From contig NC_134034.1 in NCBI RefSeq assembly GCF_964204645.1, positions 9,932,962 to 9,996,961 on the forward strand: a stretch of 64,000 nucleotides of DNA, in the 5' to 3' direction. Under the pieces are notes generated by a model. The model was not told the origin of the DNA. It saw only the letters and a list, made by a program, of their open reading frames with translations, and made no database searches. Every line of letters begins with the position of its first letter. The first letter of the stretch is position 1. The position numbers were made by a program, and so were the translations under genes. Positions 13,850 through 26,300 of this stretch are shown piece after piece. The stretch is from Tubulanus polymorphus. Taxonomy: Eukaryota; Animalia; Nemertea.

Positions 13850-14117
13850 TCTCTCCCTCTCTCCCTCCCTCCCTCCCTCCCTCCCTCCCTCCCTCCCTCC
13901 CTCCCTCTCTCCCTCTCCCTTTCTCCCCCTCTCCCCCTCCCTCTCTCCCACTCTCTCCCTCCCTCTCTCTCCTGTCTCTCTCGCATTCTGTACAAAATCA
14001 ATTAAGTATTTTTAGCCGCGCCGAGGTCATTCATCGATTTGTGAGATCGATATTTGATGATGTCATCAACTCAGCGCGCACACTATCTACCTCGTTTATC
14101 TATCTCTCTCTCCCCGC

Positions 14118-14197
<80 letters not shown>

Positions 14198-14325
14198 TCC
14201 CTCTCCCTCTCCCTCTCCCTCTCCCTCTCCCTCTCCCTCTCCCTCTCCCTCTCCCTCTCCCTCTCCCTCTCCCTCTCCCCCTCCCCCTCCCCTCCCCCTC
14301 CCCCTCCCCCTCCCTCTCCCCCTCC
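13850..14325. repeat. (CCCT)n/(CT)n/(CCCTCT)n microsatellites
   Basis: Seen directly. Confidence 0.9.
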
Positions 14326-15087
14326 ATCCAAAACCCACCCACCCACCCTCATTTACTCTCTTGCCCTCCCTCCCACTCCACACCCTCTCCTATTACTGTC
14401 CTTTCTGCTCTCCCTCCTCACTCTCACCCTCTTGTTCTCCCTCTCTCCCATTCCCTCTCCTCTTTTCATCTGCCCACTCCCTCTTCCTTTTCTTTCAATT
14501 CCCTCTCTTCTATCACTCTCTTTCCCTTCCCACTCCCTTCTCGCCCAATCTCCCCATTTCCTCTCCTCTGCCTCGTCTCAATTCCCTCTATTTCTCGACG
14601 GTCGTTTGTTCTCGCGCCGATCAGTCAGTCCGTCAGTCCGTCCGTCATATAGTCGTCTACGTCATCAACTAACTCCGGCGCGCGTTACGCAGAAATCGAC
14701 GTCGATATATTTAGCCGGCGAACGACACAGCGGCGGCAGTAGCAGCGGCAGAACGCCCGATGACATTTCTCAGAATTGCGGCTACTATTTATAGCCGGCG
14801 TTCTATTCAACTCGACGACGTTGAAGACGATTAATTCATTCTCGTTCTTCCACTCGTAATTCGTCTTCTTTCGTGGAGACAATAATAGACGACGACGGCG
14901 GTTTATTCTCGAACGGGCGCGCGCGCGGTCCTTCGAAATGGAGGATAAAAAATACCGCGTTTTTAAAGTCGCTCGAAGCGATCGTTAATTTCGGGGGGAA
15001 ACACGCGGAATTCCTTTGAAACTAGAGAAATAGGCGATTATCGAAATGTTTGTTGTGGGTAAACCGAGCCTTAATCTCTGGTGTAGT

Positions 15088-15932
15088 ACTGAACACATGT
15101 GAAGTGCGGACGATCAGTATTTGAAATTGTGCTGATAAAGTGTCTAATGTCCGGTGTTTGTAGTTCATTTTCGATTAGAAATGTTTCAGATGAAGTTCTG
15201 AACACATGTAAAATATGGACGATCAGTTTTGGAAAGTGTGCTGATAAAATATCTAATGTCCGGTGTTTGTAGTTTATTTTCGATTAGAAATGTTTCAGAT
15301 GAAGTTCTGAACACATGTAAAATACGGACGATCAGTTTTGGAAATTGTGCTGATAAAATATCTAATGTCCGGTGTTTGTAGTTTATTTTCGATTAGAAAT
15401 GTTTCAGATGAAGTTCTGAACACATGTAAAATATGGACAATCAGTATTTGAAAGTGTGCTGATAAAATATCTAATGTCCGGTGTTTGTAGTTTATTTTCG
15501 ATTAGAAATGTTTCAGATGAAGTTCTGAACACATGTAAAATATGGACGATCAGTTTTGGAAAGTGTGCTGATAAAATATCTAATGTCCGGTGTTTGTAGT
15601 TTATTTTCGATTAGAAATGTTTCAGATGAAGTTCTGAACACATGTAAAATACGGACGATCAGTTTTGGAAATTGTGCTGATAAAATATCTAATGTCCGGT
15701 GTTTGTAGTTTATTTTCGATTAGAAATGTTTCAGATGAAGTTCTGAACACATGTAAAATATGGACAATCAGTATTTGAAAGTGTGCTGATAAAGTGTCTT
15801 ATGTCGGGTTTTTTTTTAGTTCATTTTCAATTAGAAATGTTTCAGATGAAGTTCTGAACGCATGTGAAGTGCGTACGATCAGTTTTTGAAAGTGCGCGGA
15901 TGAAATATCTAATGTCTGGTGTTTGTAGTTCA
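15088..15932. repeat. 109-bp tandem repeat, ~8 copies
   Basis: gaacacatgt recurs every 109 bp. Monomers are also at ~18600 (inverted) and ~36255. Confidence 0.9.
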
Positions 15933-17321
15933 GATCTGATTTTTTTTTCAGTTTATTTTCGATAAAAAGCCCGTCATTTTGTCGATGAAGTCAAACGTCA
16001 ATTCGCGCCGTCTTTCTAGTAAATATATTATATATCGGTGACAGTTGAAGGTCGCGCGGGCCACGATTTCTATTTATAAGATACACTTGGTGTGAGAAGT
16101 GTCGTGAACTGTAAGCTATATTCGTCTCCGGTTAAATTTAGACGCGACCACGATTGTGGTTGGTTTTGTTTTGTCGATCGGTTGGTCAGCCAGTGTGACA
16201 GTACGTTCATTTAACCTTACCGCGATCATCGTGTGTTTCGCAGTTTGTATCGATGTGAATATTCTTCGCAATGAGTTTATCGTAGAATCAGTCGTGTTTA
16301 AACACGAGAAAGTTTTCAATTTGTCTTCGAACTATTATCGCGAAGCCATGTGTTTTAAGCGTTGAAATTAAGATCGCGTTTGAAAGTCGTCGATCTTGGG
16401 TCGCAGTTTGTATCGATATGAATATTCTTCGCAACGAGTTTATCGTAGATGATTAAAATCATCGGTCGCGTTTAAAACGCGAGAAAGTAACGCGGTATCA
16501 ACGGTTCATTCGTCTCCGCATTTCGCGCGTGTGCGCCTACTCGGTTGAGGGCGATTCCTACGATATCCGATTCTGAAATATCTCGTTTTCTGCCGTCGTC
16601 GGTTTACGAAGGACGCGCGAATCTAATTTCGCCATCGTCTCTCCCGCCCGAGTGTAAACGGGAAACAAAGATTAATTTTACCGAGCGCGCGGCAATGCAA
16701 TCAACGACAACCGACAAGGATTCCAAAAATAAATCTAATCAATCCATCCATATATGTATATATGCAAATATATATATATATATATGTAGGTATATATTGT
16801 AATAGTAGATATTTATATACGCTCGGGAAGATATTGTCTTTGTTCACAAGATTTAATTATGATTAAGCAGGTATAGATACGTCAACAGACGGACGAGCAG
16901 ACGCAGTGACCGACGCAGTGATCTCCGCGTGCGCGCTCGCTCACACGTTCGTTCTTTATGGAGATTATCTCGAATCGGAATTCCGTCGGGCGCAAGTTTT
17001 ATTAACTCGTGCGATCATTCGATCTGTTTTTTTTTTTTTTCGAACCAGGCGCATGCACGTTTCTTCGCAAAATTGCCGCGTTTTCGTTTTGCCACAATTT
17101 TGCCGTTTTTTGCCGACTCTCCCCCGTGGATACCGACAGCGTTTCGCGGATTAGTACCTCGAAGGAAATTTGGATTTCGAAAAAACGGATAATTCTGTGT
17201 TTCTTGTTTCGATTTCATTCTTATTCGACGAAAGTTTGTTTTGTTTTTCGAAGATTCTCATTTCGAGCCGAACGCGCGAATTAAAGGAATTATTAGGACG
17301 GATTTTTTTCGGCGAATAATT

Positions 17322-20300
17322 ATGATTCCGGAAGTCGATTGGAAATTCGGAACGAACTCGATGCAGACGTTGCGTAACGCGACGTCGTCATCGCCGCCGC
17401 CGTCCTCTTCGTACGGCGCGTTGGCGACTGTCCCCGAGGAGCCCGGGCTGTCTGCGCCGGCGCGGGTTATTTCTCGCGATCCGACTGCCGGTAAGACGAT
17501 ATAACCGACGAATTGCCACCCACCCGCCGTTTGAATCCGGGTGGTCGCTTGAATTCACGGACATTTCTGGAATAGTTCGGGTCAGGGATTAGTCGGAAAT
17601 TTTGTGAAAAAATTCTAATAATCGGGGCTAAGTTGGGAAATTGATTTTTAAAAGTCGGGGAATAGTTGGGAATTTTGTTGAAGAAGCTAAAAATTGGGGT
17701 AATGTCAGGGATTAGTCGGGAATTTTATGAAAAAAAATGCTTAAAATTAGGGATTTTTTTTTCTTGCCAGGGAATAGTGTGAAAATATTGCTGAAAATTG
17801 GGATCAAAGTCAGGGTGATTTCGTTTTAAAAGTCGGAGAATTTTGTAAAAGAATCAGGGAAATTTGTTAAGATTGCTAGCGCGTAAAATCAGACAGTTTA
17901 TGTCTATGTCTAACATATTTGACTGTGTTAATTGATTCGATTCTAAGCAGATCAAGTTAGGGAAAACCACGTGCATGTCAGGGAATATAGTCAGGGCTTA
18001 GGGAAAATAAAAGTGATCAAACCCACGCAACGTTGGAACTTGATCTAGAGGCAAATTTAAAGCACACAACAGTGGAACTGAGTTCAGTCACATAAATCTC
18101 ACTCTGTGCAGCCCGTATTGTAAATTGTCTGGTTGAGAATGAAACCCCCCTCCCCCACCACGGCCACGCTTGTGACACATGTCCTGCTGATTTCATTTAT
18201 AGAATTAACAACTGTTATAGACGAATTCCTGGGGGCCGTCTCACAGAACGACCGAAAGTGTCATTGGTCACGATAACGTAGCACTGAATGAAGCCTTTAG
18301 TCATCTGTGAAATGCCCCCCTCCTGTTGTCAATACGCGACCCCCAGCTGATATTGAGTACGTAAATATAAAGTTATTATCGGGTCAGCGAATGTTTTCAT
18401 GTTAAAATCTATTTCAATGGTTTATACTCTATTCATATTGCTATGTAGCTATTATTTGGTTATAGCATTAAATATAAACCTGGAAGTTCATTGTCGGTCA
18501 ATTCGAAAAATAATAATTATCGCTCTATTTATATATGTATAGATGATCCGTCAAAATGATATCAGGTGCACCAGAAATTGGACATTTTATCAGCACAATA
18601 GTCATCGTCCACACTGTGTTCAGGAGATCTTTTTAAAAAACGATATATTTCTTAGATCGTAATGATTAGACTTTTGCTTTATTTTTCAGAGCCTCTTGGG
18701 TCGAGGGAATCAGCTATGGAAATCAATAATCATTTCAGTTTGAATAAAAAAGGTAAGAAATGTGAGATATCTCGTAGTGGCAATGCTAGTACACTTAGAA
18801 ATACGAGATATCTCATAGTGGCAATGGTGGGACACCCAGAAATATGAGATATCTCGTAGTGGCAATGGTGGGACACCCAGAAATATGAGATATCTCATAG
18901 TGGCAATGGTGGGACACCCAGAAGTATATCTCAAATTAGCAATGGTAGCAGAACCAGGGAGGCGCACTGGCCGAGTGGTTTAAGCCGCCGGTCACTGGTC
19001 TCGTCAATCCAGGGCTTATGGGTTCAAACCCTGGCGGCGACAGAGTTTCTTGGTCGAAGGTTCTTCTCTGGGCTCTCCCCACTTGGGAAAAAGAAACATC
19101 GAACCCGCCCTGCGATATGCTTAGCGGGTGGGAGTGTGTTAAAAAAAGGCTTTTTGCCCATTTTAAAAGATTTGATAAGTTTGTCTCATATTTTTTTCTC
19201 TTGGCGCGTTTATTTCAGAAGTGCTACATTCCCCGCCCATCGAGTCGGCGTTGATCAATCGTGATCTGGCGATCGCCGCCGAACAACAACTACAACAACA
19301 ACTGCTCACGTTGAAACAACAACAACAACTCCAACAACAAATGTTGCTGCAACAATTCCAAGCGCAACAACAACAGCTCGCGCACGAACACGACAAACAA
19401 ATACAGGAGCATATGAAGGTACGCGATTTTGACCGCATCGGGGGTACTACCTACGAGTAAGGGGAACATTGCGAATTAGGACCCTTGGGTTCCCGGGACA
19501 TTGGTAAAAACTTGGGGAAATTTTGGAATGGTATTCCTGGGAATTCGAGCGGCGCAAATATGCCGCTTTCTTCGGCAATTTTCCTCGAAAAAAATTCACC
19601 ACTAAATAATTGATATGCGTTTATGCGGTATGATGGTACACGTATACGAAGGCCCAATTTCCATTTCTGGCAAATTTTGGATAATCACCCCGCGCTGGGA
19701 AAAAACTTGCCAATTTTGAATTCGTGTGTAACTGTTGTAACGGTGTTTGTAAGAACGTTTCTAGGTTTCGCCGTAAATAAGGGTAAACAAGGTATTGCGC
19801 TGCCTGAACACGCTATCGAGGAATATCGTATCGACTATGTCCTAATAGTCATCTTGAATATTGAACTAGCAGTTTATTCAACATTACAACTATATTCCTA
19901 TAGTCATCTTGAATATTGAACTAGTAGTTTATTCAACATTATAACTATATTCCAATAGTCATCTTGAATATTGTACTAGTAGTTGATTCGACGTTACGAC
20001 TATATTCCAATCGTCATCTTGAATATTGAACTAGTAGTTTATTCAACATTACAACTATATTCCATTAGTCATCTTGAATATTGAACTAGTAGTTTATTCA
20101 AGATTACAACTATATTCCTATTGTCATCTTGAATATTGAGCTAGTAGTTTATTCAACATTACAACTATATTCCAATAGTCATCTTGAATATTGAACTAGT
20201 AGTTTACTCAACATTACAACTATATTCCAATAGTCATCTTGAATATTGAACTAGCAGTTTGTTCAACATTACAACTATATTCCTATAGTCATCTTGAATA

Positions 20301-23300
20301 TTGAGCTAGTAGTTTATTCAATATTACAACTTTATTCCATTAGTCATCTTGAATATTGAACTAGTAGTTTACTCAACATTACAACTATATTCCAATAGTC
20401 ATCTTGAATATTGAACTAGCAGCTTGTTCAACATTACAACTATATTCCTATAGTCATCTTGAATATTGAACTAGCAATTTATTCAACATTACAACTATAT
20501 TCCAATAGTCATCTTGAATATTGAACTAGTAGTTTATGTTCAATGTTTCGATAAGGCCTATATCCTAATGTATTCCTGAAGGTGACTATTAGGATATAGT
20601 CAAATAGACCTCTAGATCTCGAATAGTTTTAGCGCTTTACATTATTTTTAGTTGCCATTGTGGGATTTTCTTTATACCATACCTACACGCCTGTCACTGG
20701 AGGCGAATTTATCTTGTCAAATCAGATTTGATTTTCCTAATCATAATTTGCTTGTCACGTGTTATCTAATCAAATAAGATTTGCACAACAGGATGAATTT
20801 GACGCCTTGTTCCAAATGGCTGACAAGAAAATACTGTCCCACTTTTTATTTAAAATGTTATTTCCTATGAATGAGTTTCAGGTTTCTCATTCAGTTCTGA
20901 CATTTATATCAGTTTTTCGAAACATATTTGTGAGTCCACCACCATCTTCAAATCGTATCAAATCAGCTCCGGGGGTGATTTGATGATTTGACAAATCGAT
21001 TTGAATTTGATCGTGTGTTAAATTTAAAAATTAGACCAAATCAAATTTGATTATGACGAGATAAAAACGATTTTACTTAAAATCAAATTTGATTTGACGT
21101 GATAAATTCGCCTTAGTTGATGAAAGGAAGTAGTTTGATTTAATTAACAAATGCGTAAAACGGATGGTATTAGTCGAGATACCGAAATTGTGTGCGTCAT
21201 TCATTCCGCTCAGAGTCGTTGTATTAGTTATCAAATCGTATATGTTTGTAGTGTATTGGTACGATTCAACAGCAAGAAATACTGTACGCGAGGCAGATGG
21301 AACAATGGCGCGAGGTAAGTTACTATCCCCTCCCTGCTGCCTAACTTGGGAATCATACGTTCATGTAACTGTGGGAACCATGCTTCAAACTTCCTGACTT
21401 GGTCAAACGTTATCTTAACCCTGCTTTAGCGTGGTAAACAAGCACGTAAGAGGCAATTTTTTATTGCGGTGGCCAATTGCGGGTTTTTAACCAGGTTCTA
21501 TCTAATATGTTACCCCGGCGAATTTAGTTCAATTTCCGCAAAGATATAACATACAAAGAAACAAAAAACGTCATTCAGTAAATGATAGTAGTCGCTGCAG
21601 TTCCGATGCCGCTAGTCAAATCGCCTGGTTCTCCTTTTCCCGTTTAATTCCCCTTAATCGTCCCCAACTTTCCTTCGACTCTTCAACTTCCGGTCGAAGC
21701 CTGCCGAATATCGGCCTCTAATGCCCCTTGCAACGCCGATCGCGTTCAGAACTAAGACTGCCGTTCTACTAGATTTAGATTTCGTACCGGCAGCGTTCCG
21801 TTCAGACCGAGGCGTTTAACGAAACATAACGTTTAACGAAATACCCCATGATCTATTACACCAGTTTTTGCTTTTCTATTTCTGGACGTTTTCGAGAAAC
21901 TAATTACCTTGGTTTTTTTTTTCGTCCGTCGGGGATGGCGCGCGTACATTAAACGGTATATATATATATATATATGATAAATATATGAGCTACTTTGCTC
22001 CTACCGAGGTCGACCGATGTATATTTGTCGTGGAAACAATTCTTCCCCGCATCCTGTGTATATGATTAATGATGGCGACGAAATTTTCGCAGTCTAACTT
22101 ATCCGCCTGACCTTATGTATTTATCAACGCTCGGCGGCTGATATCCTCGATCCTCACTTGCCACTAGTTGAATCCACTAGTTGATGTCGTAGTTGATGTC
22201 CTATAACACACTAGTGATACCTGGTGGATCCTCAATTGCCATGAGTGGAATCCTCTATTACCGCAGTAGTTGATGTCCTACTGCTCACTAGTGGCACCTG
22301 GTGGATCCTCATTCGCTACAAGTGAAATCCTTTTTTACCGCAGTATTTTATGTCCTACTGCTCAATAGCGACATCTGGTGGATCCTCACAAGTGGAATCC
22401 TCTATTGTCACAGTAGTTGATGTCCTACTGCTCACTAGTGACACCTAGTGGATCCTCACTGGCCACAAGTGATATCCTCTATTACTGCAGTAGTTAAAGT
22501 CCACCTGCACACTAATGACACCTGATAAATCCTCACTTGCCACAAGTGGAATCCTTTATTGACACAGTAGTTGATGCCTTACTAGCGACATCTGGTGGAT
22601 CCTCACTTGCCACAAGTAGTTGATGCCTAACTAGCGACGCCTCGGTAAAAACTCTCTAAAACCTGTTTTCTCTTTTCGTTCGATTTCTCAGAGGCAACAG
22701 GAGTTCTTGGAACGGCAGGAAAAAGAGGTCAATCGGCGCGAGCAACAGAGATGCGAGTTGGAAAAACTGCGCATGATCAAAAACAAGAAAAAAGACGAAG
22801 AAAGTAAGTAACAAAAATGAGAGGAAAAAGTACATTTATGTCCGATCGGCACAAATTCAAACTGTTGACTCGCTGCTGACTTTGCCATTATTTTTCCAGG
22901 CGCGGTCGCGTCGACGGAAGTCAAGCTTCGACTGCAAGAATTCGTACTGAAGAAGAAACAGCAAGAAGCGGCCATGACGAATATGAGAAATTCGCCTCCT
23001 CAACTTCGTCAATGGTATCTCTATTTTTAGATTTTGCGAATCGTTTAGATTGAAAAGCGGAAATTGGTTACGAATTAAAAAATTTTGAAAAACGTTAAAA
23101 GATTGAACGTACGAAAATAGTATTTAAGAAATCAGGATATTACTGATTAGGAGTTAGAATATTGAAAGTGAACTGATTAGAGTTAACCCATTACAACAGT
23201 AATTTCACGATGTTCAAATTACTCCTAAAAATTGTTAAGATCAGGAAAACTTGTTACGAGTTCCGCAGTTCAGTACCCTATTCTGCAGTTCAGAACTATA

Positions 23301-26300
23301 TTCCGTAGTTCAGAACCCTATTCTGCAGTTCAGAACCATATACTGTAGTTCAGAACCCTATTCTGCAGTTCAGAACCCTATTCTGCAGTTAAGAACCATA
23401 TTCCGTAGTTCAGAACCATATTCTGCAGTTCAGAACCATATACTGTAGTTCAGAACCCTATTCTGCAGTTCAGTACCCTATTCTGCAGTTCAGAACCATA
23501 TTCCGTAGTTCAGAACCCTATTCTGCAGTTCAGAACCATATACTGTAGTTCAGAACCCTATTCTGCAGTTCAGTACCCTATTCTGCAGTTCAGAACCATA
23601 TTCCGTAGTTCAGAACCATATTCTGCAGTTCAGAACCATATTCTGCAGTTCAGAACCCTATTCTGCAGTTCAGAACCATATTCCGTAGTTCAGAACCATA
23701 TTCCGCAGTTCAGAACCGTATTCCATAGTTCAGAATCGTATTCCATAGTTCAGAACTGTATTCTGCAGTTCAGAACCATATTTCATAGTTCAGATCTGCA
23801 TTCCATAGTTCAGAACCGTATTCTGCAGTTCAGAACCATATTCTGCGATTCAGAACCGTATTCCGTAGTTTAGAATCATATTCCGCTTTATTTCATCATT
23901 TCGATCTTTTTCAGGGCGGCTCATCACAGCTCGATTGACCAGCAGGGGTCACCACCGGCCGGACTGTCGCCGCCGTACCACCCGCGGATACTCGGCGCGT
24001 ACGAGGACGACTTCCCGCCGCTGCGTAAAACAGCGTCGGAGCCGAATCTGAAAGTCCGCTCGGTGCTGAAACAAAAAGTTATAGAACGACGCAGCAGCCC
24101 GCTGTTGAAACGGAAAGAAAAAGCTTTACTTTTCAAACGGAAGCCGCCGTTTACGAGTGAGTACAACAATGACGAGTACCCTGCTGAATTCCCTTGGGAG
24201 TACCCTGCAGAGTTCCCTGGGGAGTTCCAATTCAATTCAAATACTTTATTGACACTAATAGATTTTACAATAAAATATTTTAGTGATACCCTGCAGAGTT
24301 CCCTGGGGAGAACCCTGCAGAGTTCCCTGGGGAGTACCCTGCAGAGTTCCCTGCATAGTTCTCTGGTTCTCTGGGGAGTACCCTGCAGAGTGCCCTGGGG
24401 AGTACCCTGAAGAGTTCCCTGTGGAGTACTCTGCAGAGTTCCCTGGGGAGTGCCCTGCAGAGTTCCCTGTGGAGTACCCTGCTGAGTTCCCTGTGGAGTG
24501 CCCTGGGGAGTACCCTGAAGAGTTCCCTGTGGAGTACCCTGCTGAGTTCCCTGTGGAGTGCCCTGCAGAGTTCCCTGTGGAGTACGCTGCTGAGTTCCCT
24601 GTGGAGTGCCCTGGGGAGTACCCTGAAGAGTTCCCTGTGGAGTACCCTGAAGAGTTCCCTGTGGAGTACCCTGCTGAGTTCCCTGTGGAGTGCCCTGGGG
24701 AGTACCCTGAAGAGTTCCCTGTGGAGTACCCTGCAGAGTTCCCTGTGGAGTACCCTGCCGAGTATTAGTACTCTATAATAGCAATATCTACACCGTAATC
24801 ATTGTACTTTTTACGTTAGATGAGACATTCGACTAGGAAAGCAAACATCGGTGAAATAATCGGCAGTAGAATTACGAATAATTGTCGATTTGTTAAAAAC
24901 AAATTCTAAATTTCTTTGTAATTCGTTTCAGCAGATCCGACTCTGTCTCACAGCAACCCCGACTCCGGTCCTAATTCGCCCCCTAGCGGCGTAAGCGGAC
25001 AACAGTCTATCAACGTGAATACGAGTAACGGCAGTCTATCGAATATACCCGCTCCAGAGGTGAGTCGTTATCTTTCAACGCTATTATTTGGTGCATGTCG
25101 GCAAACTATACCATGTTCGTCCATCCATTCGGACAGGTGGCTGTCTGTTACCATTGATGTCTGTCTGTTCGGAACAATTTGTGAATGTTCCAAAAGTCAC
25201 CTGTCTGTTCGGATAGTCAGTTGGGACGGATCCAGAGGCTGATTTTGACGGACATTTTGTTGTCCAATAAGGTGTACTCCCGCACTGAAGGGCTAATTTT
25301 GAACCCAAAAGGGCACTTTGATGACCCATTTGGTGTACTCCTGCACTGAAGGGCCAATTTTGAACCCTAAAGGGCACTTTGTTGTCCCATAAGGTGTATT
25401 CCCGCACTGAAGGGCTCAGTTTGAAGAACTTCTCACATCCAGAATGGACATTTTTATTTCCATAAAGGTAATTTTAAGCGTACTACCATACTGAAAGGCA
25501 CCAATTACCTTTTGTTGACAAAATAAAAAAAGGGCGCTAAAAAAATTTGATAGACTTGTATAAGTCACCGTGGATCCGCCTCCGGTGCCTGTTCTATTCC
25601 AATAGGCGTGGTCTATTCCAATGGATGCCCGTCTGTCCGGATAGTCGCCAGTCTGTTCCGATAGACTTGCATCTATTGCCTATGGACATTCCTTAGTTGG
25701 GATAGATGCCTGTCTATTGAGATAGACTTTAGTCTGTTCTGATAGACATGCCTCTGTTCCAATAGACGTGTGCTTCTGTTCCAATAGATGCCGGTCTGTT
25801 CTGATTGTTTCATGATTGTCTATTTGTGATTTTTGCAGCTGATTCCTGGTGTAGCTCCAATAAACAACAACACTAGCTCTGACATCAATAACCTTTACAC
25901 ATCACCCTCCATGCCAAATATCTCACTCGGTAAACCATGTGCTCCTACATCATCTGTAAGTATTTCAAATATATCAAAATTTCCTTACATTATCACAAAC
26001 ATGCCCGAAAACTTCATCAGAATGCTTAATTCTGACCCTAATTGTTAAACTAACCCATGATTGTGAAATTATGTGCCTGATTGTTGAAAGACTTACCCCT
26101 GATTGTGAAAGAATGTCCCTGAATGTGGAAAAACTGTCCCCTGATTGTGAAAAACTGATCCCTGATTGTGAAAGAATGTCCCTGATTGTGACACTAACCC
26201 AAGACTGTGGAAAGATGACCCCTGATTGTCAAAGAGTATTGAGTACTGATTGTGGAAGAACGTTGCTGATGGTCACAGACCAACCCTTGGTTGTTCAAGA

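Noticed and set aside
15088-15932. CRISPR-like appearance of regular arrays (this and others)
   Set aside because: Units are repeated over their whole length with no unique spacers, the context is eukaryotic, and there are no cas genes.
18958-19040. Functional tRNA gene
   Set aside because: A and B boxes are present but there is no valid acceptor or anticodon stem, so I treated it as a SINE head.
24283-24768. 161-aa EYPAEFPV-repeat ORF (similarly 28373-28816, 29979-30266, 38844-39170, 13762-14794 and the poly-IY ORFs)
   Set aside because: These are translations of intronic or intergenic tandem repeats with no splice context or domain.
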